DNA of 64,000 bases from Balanoglossus misakiensis (lineage: Eukaryota > Animalia > Hemichordata), in the NCBI GenBank assembly GCA_040954595.2, contig CM082598.2, forward strand, positions 6,835,097 to 6,899,096, read 5' to 3'. The notes below the pieces were generated by a model. It was not told where the DNA came from and did no database searches. It saw only the letters and a program-made list of their open reading frames with translations. This document shows positions 24,701 through 39,259 of the stretch, piece after piece; within the stretch, counting starts at the first letter, position 1, and every line of letters begins with the position of its first letter. The translations under genes and the position numbers were made by a program.

Positions 24701-27700
24701 TAGCTCATGAACATCACCCAAAAATGACAATTTTTCGACTTTGCGGAATTTCAATATTTATCCATTTTTTGATAAAAATCATGGGTTATATATGTATATG
24801 AAAATTACACAAAAATGACAATTTTTCGACTTTGCGAATTTTCAAAATTTCTTCTTTTTTGAAAAAATCATCAGTTATAGCTCATGAAAATCATCCAAAA
24901 ATGACAATTTTTCGACTTTGCGAAATTTCAATATTTATCCATTTTTTGATAAAAATCATGGGTTATAGCTCATGAAAATCACCCAAAAATGACAATTTTT
25001 TGACTTTGCGAAATTTCAATATTTATCCATTTTTGATAAAAATCATGGGTTATAGCTCATGAAAATAACCCAAAAATGACCATTTCTTGACTTAGCGAAA
25101 TGACAATTTTTGGACTTTGAGAAATTTCAATATTTATCCATTTTTTATAAAAATCATGGGTTATAGCTCATGAAAATCACCCAAAAATGACAATTTTTCG
25201 ACTTTGCGAAATTTCAATATTTATCCATTTTTTGATAAAAATCATTGGTTATAGCTCACGAAAATCACCCAAAAATGACAATTTTTCGACTTTGCGAATT
25301 TTCAAAATTTCTTCATTTTTTGAAAAAATCATCAGTTATAGCTCATGAAAATCATCCAAAAATGACAATTTTTCGACTTTGCGAAATTTCAATGTTTATC
25401 CATTCTTTGAGAAAAATCATGGGTTATATATATATGAAAATCACCCAAAAATGACAATTTTTCGACTTTGCGAATTTTCAAAATTTCTTCATTTTTTGAA
25501 AAAATCATCAGTTATAGCTCATGAAAATCATCCAAAAATGACAATTTTTCGACTTTGCGAATTTTCAAAATTTCTTCATTTTTTGAAAAAATCATCAGTT
25601 ATAGCTCATGAAAATCATCCAAAAATGACAATTTTTCGACTTTGCGAATTTTCAAAATTTCTTCATTTTTTGAAAAAATCATCAGTTATAGCTCATGAAA
25701 ACTATCCAAAAATGACAATTTTTGGACTTTGCGAAATTTCAATATTTATCCATTTTTTGATAAAAATCATGGGTTATAGCTCATGAAAATCACCCAAAAA
25801 TGACAATTTTTTGACTTTGCGAAATTTCAATATTTATCCATTTTTTGATAAAAATCATGGGTTATAGCTCATGAAAATCACCCAAAAATGAAAATTTTTC
25901 GACTTTTCGAAATTTCAATGTTTATCCATTTTTTGATAAAAATCATGGGTTATAGCTCATGAAAATCACCTAAAAATGACAATTTTTCGACTTTGCGAAA
26001 TTTCAATATTTATCCATTTTTTGAAAAAATCAACAGTTATAGCTCATGAAAATCATCCAAAAATGACAATTTTTCGACTTTGCGAAATTTCAATGTTTAT
26101 CCATTCTTTGAGAAAAATCATGGGTTATATATATATGAAAATCACCCAAAAATGACAATTTTTCGACTTTGCGAATTTTCAAAATTTCTTCATTTTTTGA
26201 AAAAATCATCAGTTATAGCTCATGAAAATCATCCAAAAATGACAATTTTTCGACTTTGCGAAATTTCAATATTTATCCTTTTTTTGATAAAAATCATGGG
26301 TTATAGCTCATGAAAATAACCCAAAAATGACCATTTTTCGACTTAGCGAAATGACAATTTTTGGACTTTGCGAAATTTCAATATTTATCCATTTTTTGAT
26401 AAAAATCATGGGTTATAGCTCATGAAAATCACCCAAAAATGACAATTTTTTGACTTTGCGAAATTTCAATATTTATCCATTTTTTGATAAAAATCATGGG
26501 TTATATATATATGAAAATCACACAAAAATGACAATTTTTCGACTTTGCTAATTTTCAAAATTTCTTCATTTTTTGAAAAAATCATCAGTTATAGCTCATG
26601 AAAACTATCCAAAAATGACAATTTTTCGACTTTGCGAAATTTCAATATTTATCCATTTTTTGATAAAAATCATGGGTTATAGCTCATGAAAATCACCCAA
26701 AAATGAAAATTTTTTGACTTTGCGAAATTTCAATATTTATCCATTTTTTGATAAAAATCATGGGTTATATATATATGAAAATCACACAAAAATGACAATT
26801 TTTCGACTTTGCGAATTTTCAAAATTTCTTCATTTTTTGAAAAAATCATCAGTTATAGCTCATGAAAACTATCCAAAAATGACAATTTTTCGACTTTGCG
26901 AAATTTCAATATTTATCCATTTTTTGATAAAAATCATGGGTTATAGCTCATGAAAATCACCCAAAAATGACAATTTTTTGGCTTTGCGAAATTTCAATAT
27001 TTATCCATTTTTTGATAAAAATCATGGGTTATAGCTCATGAAAATCACCCAAAAATGACAATTTTTTGACTTTGCGAAATTTCAATATTTATCCATTTTT
27101 TGATAAAAATCATGGGTTATATATATATGAAAATCACACAAAAATGACAATTTTTCGACTTTGCGAATTTTCAAAATTTCTTCATTTTTTGAAAAAATCA
27201 TCAGTTATAGCTCATGAAAACTATCCAAAAATGACAATTTTTGGACTTTGCGAAATTTCAATATTTATCCATTTTTTGATAAAAATCATGGGTTACAGCT
27301 CATGAAAATCACCCAAAAATGACAATTTTTTGACTTTGCGAAATTTCAATATTTATCCATTTTTTGATAAAAATCATGGGTTATAGCTCATGAAAATCAC
27401 CCAAAAATGAAAATTTTTCGACTTTTCAAAATTTCAATGTTTATCCATTTTTTGATAAAAATCATGGGTTATAGCTCATGAAAATCACCTAAAAATGACA
27501 ATTTTTCGACTTTGCGAAATTTTAATATTTATCCATTTTTTGATAAAAATCATGGGTTATAGCTCATGAACATCACCCAAAAATGACAATTTTTCGACTT
27601 TGCGGAATTTCAATATTTATCCATTTTTTGATAAAAATCATGGGTTATATATGTATATGAAAATTACACAAAAATGACAATTTTTCGACTTTGCGAATTT

Positions 27701-30700
27701 TCAAAATTTCTTCTTTTTTGAAAAAATCATCAGTTATAGCTCATGAAAATCATCCAAAAATGACAATTTTTCGACTTTGCGAAATTTCAATATTTATCCA
27801 TTTTTTGATAAAAATCATGGGTTATAGCTCATGAAAATCACCCAAAAATGACAATTTTTTGACTTTGCGAAATTTCAATATTTATCCATTTTTGATAAAA
27901 ATCATGGGTTATAGCTCATGAAAATAACCCAAAAATGACCATTTCTTGACTTAGCGAAATGACAATTTTTGGACTTTGAGAAATTTCAATATTTATCCAT
28001 TTTTTATAAAAATCATGGGTTATAGCTCATGAAAATCACCCAAAAATGACAATTTTTCGACTTTGCGAAATTTCAATATTTATCCATTTTTTGATAAAAA
28101 TCATTGGTTATAGCTCACGAAAATCACCCAAAAATGACAATTTTTCGACTTTGCGAATTTTCAAAATTTCTTCATTTTTTGAAAAAATCATCAGTTATAG
28201 CTCATGAAAATCATCCAAAAATGACAATTTTTCGACTTTGCGAAATTTCAATGTTTATCCATTCTTTGAGAAAAATCATGGGTTATATATATATGAAAAT
28301 CACCCAAAAATGACAATTTTTCGACTTTGCGAATTTTCAAAATTTCTTCATTTTTTGAAAAAATCATCAGTTATAGCTCATGAAAATCATCCAAAAATGA
28401 CAATTTTTCGACTTTGCGAATTTTCAAAATTTCTTCATTTTTTGAAAAAATCATCAGTTATAGCTCATGAAAATCATCCAAAAATGACAATTTTTCGACT
28501 TTGCGAATTTTCAAAATTTCTTCATTTTTTGAAAAAATCATCAGTTATAGCTCATGAAAACTATCCAAAAATGACAATTTTTGGACTTTGCGAAATTTCA
28601 ATATTTATCCATTTTTTGATAAAAATCATGGGTTATAGCTCATGAAAATCACCCAAAAATGACAATTTTTTGACTTTGCGAAATTTCAATATTTATCCAT
28701 TTTTTGATAAAAATCATGGGTTATAGCTCATGAAAATCACCCAAAAATGAAAATTTTTCGACTTTTCGAAATTTCAATGTTTATCCATTTTTTGATAAAA
28801 ATCATGGGTTATAGCTCATGAAAATCACCTAAAAATGACAATTTTTCGACTTTGCGAAATTTCAATATTTATCCATTTTTTGAAAAAATCAACAGTTATA
28901 GCTCATGAAAATCATCCAAAAATGACAATTTTTCGACTTTGCGAAATTTCAATGTTTATCCATTCTTTGAGAAAAATCATGGGTTATATATATATGAAAA
29001 TCACCCAAAAATGACAATTTTTCGACTTTGCGAATTTTCAAAATTTCTTCATTTTTTGAAAAAATCATCAGTTATAGCTCATGAAAATCATCCAAAAATG
29101 ACAATTTTTCGACTTTGCGAAATTTCAATATTTATCCTTTTTTTGATAAAAATCATGGGTTATAGCTCATGAAAATAACCCAAAAATGACCATTTTTCGA
29201 CTTAGCGAAATGACAATTTTTGGACTTTGCGAAATTTCAATATTTATCCATTTTTTGATAAAAATCATGGGTTATAGCTCATGAAAATCACCCAAAAATG
29301 ACAATTTTTTGACTTTGCGAAATTTCAATATTTATCCATTTTTTGATAAAAATCATGGGTTATATATATATGAAAATCACACAAAAATGACAATTTTTCG
29401 ACTTTGCTAATTTTCAAAATTTCTTCATTTTTTGAAAAAATCATCAGTTATAGCTCATGAAAATCATCCAAAAATGAGAATTTTTCGACTTTGCGAAATT
29501 TCAATATTTGTCCATTTTTTGATAAAATTCATGGGTTATAGCTCATGAAAATAACCCAAAAATGACCATTTTTCGACTTAGCGAAATGACAATTTTTTGA
29601 CTTTGCGAAATTTCAATATTTATCCATTTTTTGATAAAAATCATGGGTTATAGCTCATGAAAATCACCCAAAAATGACAATTTTTTGACTTTGCGAAATT
29701 TCAATATTTATCCATTTTTTGATAAAAATCATGGGTTATATATGTATGAAAATCACACAAAAATGACAATTTTTCGACTTTGCGAATTTTCAAAATTTCT
29801 TCATTTTTTGAAAAAATCATCAGTTATAGCTCATGAAAACTATCCAAAAATGACAATTTTTCGACTTTGCGAAATTTCAATATTTATCCATTTTTTGATA
29901 AAAATCATGGGTTATAGCTCATGAAAATCACCCAAAAATGACAATTTTTTGGCTTTGCGAAATTTCAATATTTATCCATTTTTTGATAAAAATCATGGGT
30001 TATAGCTCATGAAAATCACCCAAAAATGAAAATTTTTCGACTTTTCGAAATTTCAATGTTTATCCATTTTTTGATCAAAATCATGGGTTATAGCTCATGA
30101 AAATCACCCAAAAATGACAATTTTTCGACTTTGCGGAATTTCAATATTTATCCATTTTTTGATAAAAATCATGGGTTATATATATATGAAAATTACACAA
30201 TAATGACAATTTTTCGACTTTGCGAATTTTCAAAATTTCTTCATTTTTTTGAAAAAATCATCAGTTAAAGCTCATGAAAATCAACCAAAAATGACAATTT
30301 TTCGACTTTGCGAAATTTCAATATTTATCCATTTTTTGATAAAAATCATGGGTTATAGCTCATGAAAATCACCCAAAAATGACAATTTTTTGGCTTTGCG
30401 AAATTTCAATATTTATCCATTTTTTGATAAAAATCATGGGTTATAGCTCATGAAAATCACCCAAAAATGACAATTTTTTGACTTTGCGAAATTTCAATAT
30501 TTATCCATTTTTTGATAAAAATCATGGGTTATATATATATGAAAATCACACAAAAATGACAATTTTTCGACTTTGCGAATTTTCAAAATTTCTTCATTTT
30601 TTGAAAAAATCATCAGTTATAGCTCATGAAAACTATCCAAAAATGACAATTTTTGGACTTTGCGAAATTTCAATATTTATCCATTTTTTGATAAAAATCA

Positions 30701-33690
30701 TGGGTTATATATATATGAAAATCACACAAAAATGACAATTTTTCGACTTTGCGAATTTTCAAAATTTCTTCATTTTTTGAAAAAATCATCAGTTATAGCT
30801 CATGAAAACTATCCAAAAATGACAATTTTTGGACTTTGCGAAATTTCAATATTTATCCATTTTTTGATAAAAATCATGGGTTATAGCTCATGAAAATCAC
30901 CCAAAAATGTCAATTTTTTGACTTTGCGAAATTTCAATATTTATCCATTTTTTGATAAAAATCATGGGTTATAGCTCATGAAAATCACCCAAAATGAAAA
31001 TTTTTCGACTTTTCGAAATTTCAATGTTTATCCATTTTTTGAAAAAATCATCAGTTATAGCTCATGAAAACTATCCAAAAATGACAATTTTTCGACTTTG
31101 CGAAATTTCAATATTTATCCATTTTTTGATAAAAATCATGGGTTATAGCTCATGAAAATCACCCAAAAATGACAATTTTTTGGCTTTGCGAAATTTCAAT
31201 ATTTATCCATTTTTTGATAAAAATCATGGGTTATAGCTCATGAAAATCACCCAAAAATGAAAATTTTTCGACTTTGCGAATTTTCAAAATTTCTTCTTTT
31301 TTTGAAAAAATCATCAGTTATAGCTCATGAAAATCATCCAAAAATGAGAATTTTTCGACTTTGCGAAATTTCAATATTTGTCCATTTTTTGATAAAAATC
31401 ATGGGTTATAGCTCATGAAAATAACCCAAAAATGACCATTTTTCGACTTAGCGAAATGACAATTTTTTGACTTTGCGAAATTTCAATATTTATCCATTTT
31501 TTGATAAAAATCATGGGTTATAGCTCATGAAAATCACCCAAAAATGACAATTTTTTGACTTTGCGAAATTTCAATATTTATCCATTTTTTGATAAAAATC
31601 ATGGGTTATATATATATGAAAATCACACAAAAATGACAATTTTTCGACTTTGCGAATTTTCAAAATTTCTTCATTTTTTGAAAAAATCATCAGTTATAGC
31701 TCATGAAAACTATCCAAAAATGACAATTTTTCGACTTTGCGAAATTTCAATATTTATCCATTTTTTGATAAAAATCATGGGTTATAGCTCATGAAAATCA
31801 CCCAAAAATGACAATTTTTTGGCTTTGCGAAATTTCAATATTTATCCATTTTTTGATAAAAATCATGGGTTATAGCTCATGAAAATCACCCAAAAATGAC
31901 AATTTTTTGACTTTGCGAAATTTCAATATTTATCCATTTTTTGATAAAAATCATGGGTTATATATATATGAAAATCACACAAAAATGACAATTTTTCGAC
32001 TTTGCGAATTTTCAAAATTTCTTCATTTTTTGAAAAAATCATCAGTTATAGCTCATGAAAACTATCCAAAAATGACAATTTTTGGACTTTGCGAAATTTC
32101 AATATTTATCCATTTTTTGATAAAAATCATGGGTTACAGCTCATGAAAATCACCCAAAAATGACAATTTTTTGACTTTGCGAAATTTCAATATTTATCCA
32201 TTTTTTGATAAAAATCATGGGTTATAGCTCATGAAAATCACCCAAAAATGAAAATTTTTCGACTTTTCAAAATTTCAATGTTTATCCATTTTTTGATAAA
32301 AATCATGGGTTATAGCTCATGAAAATCACCTAAAAATGACAATTTTTCGACTTTGCGAAATTTTAATATTTATCCATTTTTTGATAAAAATCATGGGTTA
32401 TAGCTCATGAACATCACCCAAAAATGACAATTTTTCGACTTTGCGGAATTTCAATATTTATCCATTTTTTGATAAAAATCATGGGTTATATATGTATATG
32501 AAAATTACACAAAAATGACAATTTTTCGACTTTGCGAATTTTCAAAATTTCTTCTTTTTTGAAAAAATCATCAGTTATAGCTCATGAAAATCATCCAAAA
32601 ATGACAATTTTTCGACTTTGCGAAATTTCAATATTTATCCATTTTTTGATAAAAATCATGGGTTATAGCTCATGAAAATCACCCAAAAATGACAATTTTT
32701 TGACTTTGCGAAATTTCAATATTTATCCATTTTTGATAAAAATCATGGGTTATAGCTCATGAAAATAACCCAAAAATGACCATTTCTTGACTTAGCGAAA
32801 TGACAATTTTTGGACTTTGAGAAATTTCAATATTTATCCATTTTTTATAAAAATCATGGGTTATAGCTCATGAAAATCACCCAAAAATGACAATTTTTCG
32901 ACTTTGCGAAATTTCAATATTTATCCATTTTTTGATAAAAATCATTGGTTATAGCTCACGAAAATCACCCAAAAATGACAATTTTTCGACTTTGCGAATT
33001 TTCAAAATTTCTTCATTTTTTGAAAAAATCATCAGTTATAGCTCATGAAAATCATCCAAAAATGACAATTTTTCGACTTTGCGAAATTTCAATGTTTATC
33101 CATTCTTTGAGAAAAATCATGGGTTATATATATATGAAAATCACCCAAAAATGACAATTTTTCGACTTTGCGAATTTTCAAAATTTCTTCATTTTTTGAA
33201 AAAATCATCAGTTATAGCTCATGAAAATCATCCAAAAATGACAATTTTTCGACTTTGCGAATTTTCAAAATTTCTTCATTTTTTGAAAAAATCATCAGTT
33301 ATAGCTCATGAAAATCATCCAAAAATGACAATTTTTCGACTTTGCGAATTTTCAAAATTTCTTCATTTTTTGAAAAAATCATCAGTTATAGCTCATGAAA
33401 ACTATCCAAAAATGACAATTTTTGGACTTTGCGAAATTTCAATATTTATCCATTTTTTGATAAAAATCATGGGTTATAGCTCATGAAAATCACCCAAAAA
33501 TGACAATTTTTTGACTTTGCGAAATTTCAATATTTATCCATTTTTTGATAAAAATCATGGGTTATAGCTCATGAAAATCACCCAAAAATGAAAATTTTTC
33601 GACTTTTCGAAATTTCAATGTTTATCCATTTTTTGATAAAAATCATGGGTTATAGCTCATGAAAATCACCTAAAAATGACAATTTTTCGA
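21760..33690 (+). repeat. Segmental duplication with ~7700-bp offset in the 88-bp satellite
   Basis: Offsets 21984/29685 and 22777/30478 (7701); 23855/31555 and 25245/32945 (7700). Boundaries approximate. Confidence 0.85.
23860..29460 (+). repeat. 2859-bp tandem higher-order duplication in the 88-bp satellite
   Basis: ORF-track offsets 24207/27066, 25245/28104 and 26080/28939 all equal 2859. Shared rare variants gggttacagc and catttcttgac. Boundaries approximate. Confidence 0.9.
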
Positions 33691-35079
33691 CTTTGCGAAA
33701 TTTTAATATTTATCCATTTTTTGATAAAAATCATGGGTTATAGCTCATGAACATCACCCAAAAATGACAATTTTTCGACTTTGCGGAATTTCAATATTTA
33801 TCCATTTTTTGATAAAAATCATGGGTTATATATGTATATGAAAATTACACAAAAATGACAATTTTTCGACTTTGCGAATTTTCAAAATTTCTTCTTTTTT
33901 TGAAAAAATCATCAGTTATAGCTCATGAAAATCATCCAAAAATGAGAATTTTTCGACTTTGCGAAATTTCAATATTTATCCATTTTTTGATAAAAATCAT
34001 GGGTTATAGCTCATGAAAATAACCCAAAAATGACCATTTTTCGACTTAGCGAAATGACAATTTTTTGACTTTGCGAAATTTCAATATTTATCCATTTTTT
34101 GATAAAAATCATGGGTTATAGCTCATGAAAATCACCCAAAAATGACAATTTTTTGACTTTGCGAAATTTCAATATTTATCCATTTTTTGATAAAAATCAT
34201 GGGTTATATATATATGAAAATCACACAAAAATGACAATTTTTCGACTTTGCGAATTTTCAAAATTTCTTCATTTTTTGAAAAAATCATCAGTTATAGCTC
34301 ATGAAAACTATCCAAAAATGACAATTTTTCGACTTTGCGAAATTTCAATATTTATCCATTTTTTGATAAAAATCATGGGTTATAGCTCATGAAAATCACC
34401 CAAAAATGACAATTTTTTGGCTTTGCGAAATTTCAATATTTATCCATTTTTTGATAAAAATCATGGGTTATAGCTCATGAAAATCACCCAAAAATGAAAA
34501 TTTTTCGACTTTTCGAAATTTCAATGTTTATCAATTTTTTGATCAAAATCATGGGTTATAGCTCATGAAAATCACCCAAAAATGACAATTTTTCGACTTT
34601 GCGAAATTTCAATATTTATCCATGTTTTGATAAAAATCATGGGTTATAGCTCATGAAAATCTCCCAAAAATGACAATTTTTTGACTTTGCGAAATTTCAA
34701 TATTTATCCATTTTTTGATAAAAATCATGGGTTATATATATATGAAAATCACACAAAAATGACAATTTTTCGACTTTGCGAATTTTCAAAATTTCTTCAT
34801 TTTTTGAAAAAATCATCAGTTATAGCTCATGAAAACTATCCAAAAATGACAATTTTTGGACTTTGCGAAATTTCAATATTTATCCATTTTTTGATAAAAA
34901 TCATGGGTTATAGCTCATGAAAATCACCCAAAAATGACAATTTTTTGACTTTGCGAAATTTCAATATTTATCCATTTTTTGATAAAAATCATGGGTTATA
35001 GCTCATGAAAATCACCCAAAAATGAAAATTTTTCGACTTTTCAAAATTTCAATGTTTATCCATTTTTTGATAAAAATCA

Positions 35080-38000
35080 TGGGTTATAGCTCATGAAAAT
35101 CACCCAAAAATGACAATTTTTCGACTTTGCGAAATTTCAATATTTATCCATTTTTTGATAAAAATCATTGGTTATAGCTCACGAAAATCACCCAAAAATG
35201 ACAATTTTTCGACTTTGCGAATTTTCAAAATTTCTTCATTTTTTGAAAAAATCATCAGTTATAGCTCATGAAAATCATCCAAAAATGACAATTTTTCGAC
35301 TTTGCGAAATTTCAATGTTTATCCATTCTTTGAGAAAAATCATGGGTTATATATATATGAAAATCACCCAAAAATGACAATTTTTCGACTTTGCGAATTT
35401 TCAAAATTTCTTCATTTTTTGAAAAAATCATCAGTTATAGCTCATGAAAATCATCCAAAAATGACAATTTTTCGACTTTGCGAAATGTCAATATTTATCC
35501 ATTTTTTGATAAAAATCATGGGTTATAGCTCATGAAAATCACCCAAAAATGACAATTTTTTGACTTTGCGAAATTTCAATATTTATCCATTTTTGATAAA
35601 AATCATGGGTTATAGCTCATGAAAATAACCCAAAAATGACCATTTCTCGACTTAGCGAAATGACAATTTTTGGACTTTGAGAAATTTCAATATTTATCCA
35701 TTTTTTATAAAAATCATGGGTTATAGCTCATGAAAATCACCCAAAAATGACAATTTTTCGACTTTGCGAAATTTCAAAATTTATCCATTTTTTGATAAAA
35801 ATCATTGGTTATAGCTCACGAAAATCACCCAAAAATGACAATTTTTCGACTTTGCGAATTTTCAAAATTTCTTCATTTTTTGAAAAAATCATCAGTTATA
35901 GCTCATGAAAATCATCCAAAAATGACAATTTTTCGACTTTGCGAAATTTCAATGTTTATCCATTCTTTGAGAAAAATCATGGGTTATATATATATGAAAA
36001 TCACCCAAAAATGACAATTTTTCGACTTTGCGAATTTTCAAAATTTCTTCATTTTTTGAAAAAATCATCAGTTATAGCTCATGAAAATCATCCAAAAATG
36101 ACAATTTTTCGACTTTGCGAAATTTCAATATTTATCCATTTTTTGATAAAAATCATGGGTTATAGCTCATGAAAATCACCCAAAAATGACAATTTTTTGA
36201 CTTTGCGAAATTTCAATATTTATCCATTTTTGATAAAAATCATGGGTTATAGCTCATGAAAATAACCCAAAAATGACCATTTCTCGACTTAGCGAAATGA
36301 CAATTTTTGGACTTTGAGAAATTTCAATATTTATCCATTTTTTATAAAAATCATGGGTTATAGCTCATGAAAATCACCCAAAAATGACAATTTTTCGACT
36401 TTGCGAAATTTCAAAATTTATCCATTTTTTGATAAAAATCATTGGTTATAGCTCACGAAAATCACCCAAAAATGACAATTTTTCGACTTTGCGAATTTTC
36501 AAAATTTCTTCATTTTTTGAAAAAATCATCAGTTATAGCTCATGAAAATCATCCAAAAATGACAATTTTTCGACTTTGCGAAATTTCAATATTTATCCAT
36601 TTTTTGATAAAAATCATGGGTTATAGCTCATGAAAATCACCCAAAAATGACAATTTTTTGACTTTGCGAAATTTCAATATTTATCCATTTTTTGATAAAA
36701 ATCATGGGTTATATATGTATATGAAAATTACACAAAAATGACAATTTTTCGACTTTGCGAATTTTCAAAATTTCTTCTTTTTTGAAAAAATCATCAGTTA
36801 TAGCTCATGAAAATCATCCAAAAATGACAATTTTTCGACTTTGCGAAATTTCAATATTTATCCATTTTTTGATAAAAATCATGGGTTATAGCTCATGAAA
36901 ATCACCCAAAAATGACTATTTTTTGACTTTGCGAAATTTCAATATTTATCCATTTTTGATAAAAATCATGGGTTATAGCTCATGAAAATAACCCAAAAAT
37001 GACCATTTCTCGACTTAGCGAAATGACAATTTTTGGACTTTGAGAAATTTCAATATTTATCCATTTTTTATAAAAATCATGGGTTATAGCTCATGAAAAT
37101 CACCCAAAAATGACAATTTTTCGACTTTGCGAAATTTCAATATTTATCCATTTTTTGATAAAAATCATTGGTTATAGCTCACGAAAATCACCCAAAAATG
37201 ACAATTTTTCGACTTTGCGAATTTTCAAAATTTCTTCATTTTTTGAAAAAATCATCAGTTATAGCTCATGAAAATCATCCAAAAATGACAATTTTTCGAC
37301 TTTGCGAAATTTCAATGTTTATCCATTCTTTGAGAAAAATCATGGGTTATATATATATGAAAATCACCCAAAAATGACAATTTTTCGACTTTGCGAATTT
37401 TCAAAATTTCTTCATTTTTTGAAAAAATCATCAGTTATAGCTCATGAAAATCATCCAAAAATGACAATTTTTCGACTTTGCGAAATGTCAATATTTATCC
37501 ATTTTTTGATAAAAATCATGGGTTATAGCTCATGAAAATCACCCAAAAATGACAATTTTTTGACTTTGCGAAATTTCAATATTTATCCATTTTTGATAAA
37601 AATCATGGGTTATAGCTCATGAAAATAACCCAAAAATGACCATTTCTCGACTTAGCGAAATGACAATTTTTGGACTTTGAGAAATTTCAATATTTATCCA
37701 TTTTTTATAAAAATCATGGGTTATAGCTCATGAAAATCACCCAAAAATGACAATTTTTCGACTTTGCGAAATTTCAAAATTTATCCATTTTTTGATAAAA
37801 ATCATTGGTTATAGCTCACGAAAATCACCCAAAAATGACAATTTTTCGACTTTGCGAATTTTCAAAATTTCTTCATTTTTTGAAAAAATCATCAGTTATA
37901 GCTCATGAAAATCATCCAAAAATGACAATTTTTCGACTTTGCGAAATTTCAATGTTTATCCATTCTTTGAGAAAAATCATGGGTTATATATATATGAAAA

Positions 38001-38200
38001 TCACCCAAAAATGACAATTTTTCGACTTTGCGAATTTTCAAAATTTCTTCATTTTTTGAAAAAATCATCAGTTATAGCTCATGAAAATCATCCAAAAATG
38101 ACAATTTTTCGACTTTGCGAAATTTCAATATTTATCCATTTTTTGATAAAAATCATGGGTTATAGCTCATGAAAATAACCCAAAAATGACCATTTTTCGA
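35080..38200 (+). repeat. 637-bp (7-monomer) HOR nested in a 2000-bp duplication
   Basis: Offsets 35168/35805/36442 (637) and 35168/37168, 35805/37805 (2000). Boundaries approximate. Confidence 0.85.
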
Positions 38201-39259
38201 CTTAGCGAAATGACAATTTTTGGACTTTGCGAAATTTCAATATTTATCCATTTTTTGATAAAAATCATGGGTTATAGCTCATGAAAATCACCCAAAAATG
38301 AAAATTTTTCGACTTTTCGAAATTTCAATGTTTATCCATTTTTTGATAAAAATCATGGGTTATAGCTCATGAAAATCACCTAAAAATGACAATTTTTCGA
38401 CTTTGCGAAATTTTAATATTTATCCATTTTTTGATAAAAATCATGGGTTATAGCTCATGAACATCACCCAAAAATGACAATTTTTCGACTTTGCGGAATT
38501 TCAATATTTATCCATTTTTTGATAAAAATCATGGGTTATATATGTATATGAAAATTACACAAAAATGACAATTTTTCGACTTTGCGAATTTTCAAAATGT
38601 CTTCTTTTTTTGAAAAAATCATCAGTTATAGCTCATGAAAATCATCCAAAAATGAGAATTTTTCGACTTTGCGAAATTTCAATATTTATCCATTTTTTGA
38701 TAAAAATCATGGGTTATAGCTCATGAAAATAACCCAAAAATGACCATTTTTCGACTTAGCGAAATGACAATTTTTTGACTTTGCGAAATTTCAATATTTA
38801 TCCATTTTTTGATAAAAATCATGGGTTATAGCTCATGAAAATCACCCAAAAATGACAATTTTTTGACGTTGCGAAATTTCAATATTTATCCATTTTTTGA
38901 TAAAAATCATGGGTTATATATATATGAAAATCACACAAAAATGACAATTTTTCGACTTTGCGAATTTTCAAAATTTCTTCATTTTTTGAAAAAATCATCA
39001 GTTATAGCTCATGAAAACTATCCAAAAATGACAATTTTTCGACTTTGCGAAATTTCAATATTTATCCATTTTTTGATAAAAATCATGGGTTATAGCTCAT
39101 GAAAATCACCCAAAAATGACAATTTTTTGGCTTTGCGAAATTTCAATATTTATCCATTTTTTGATAAAAATCATGGGTTATAGCTCATGAAAATCACCCA
39201 AAAATGAAAATTTTTCGACTTTTCGAAATTTCAATGTTTATCAATTTTTTGATCAAAAT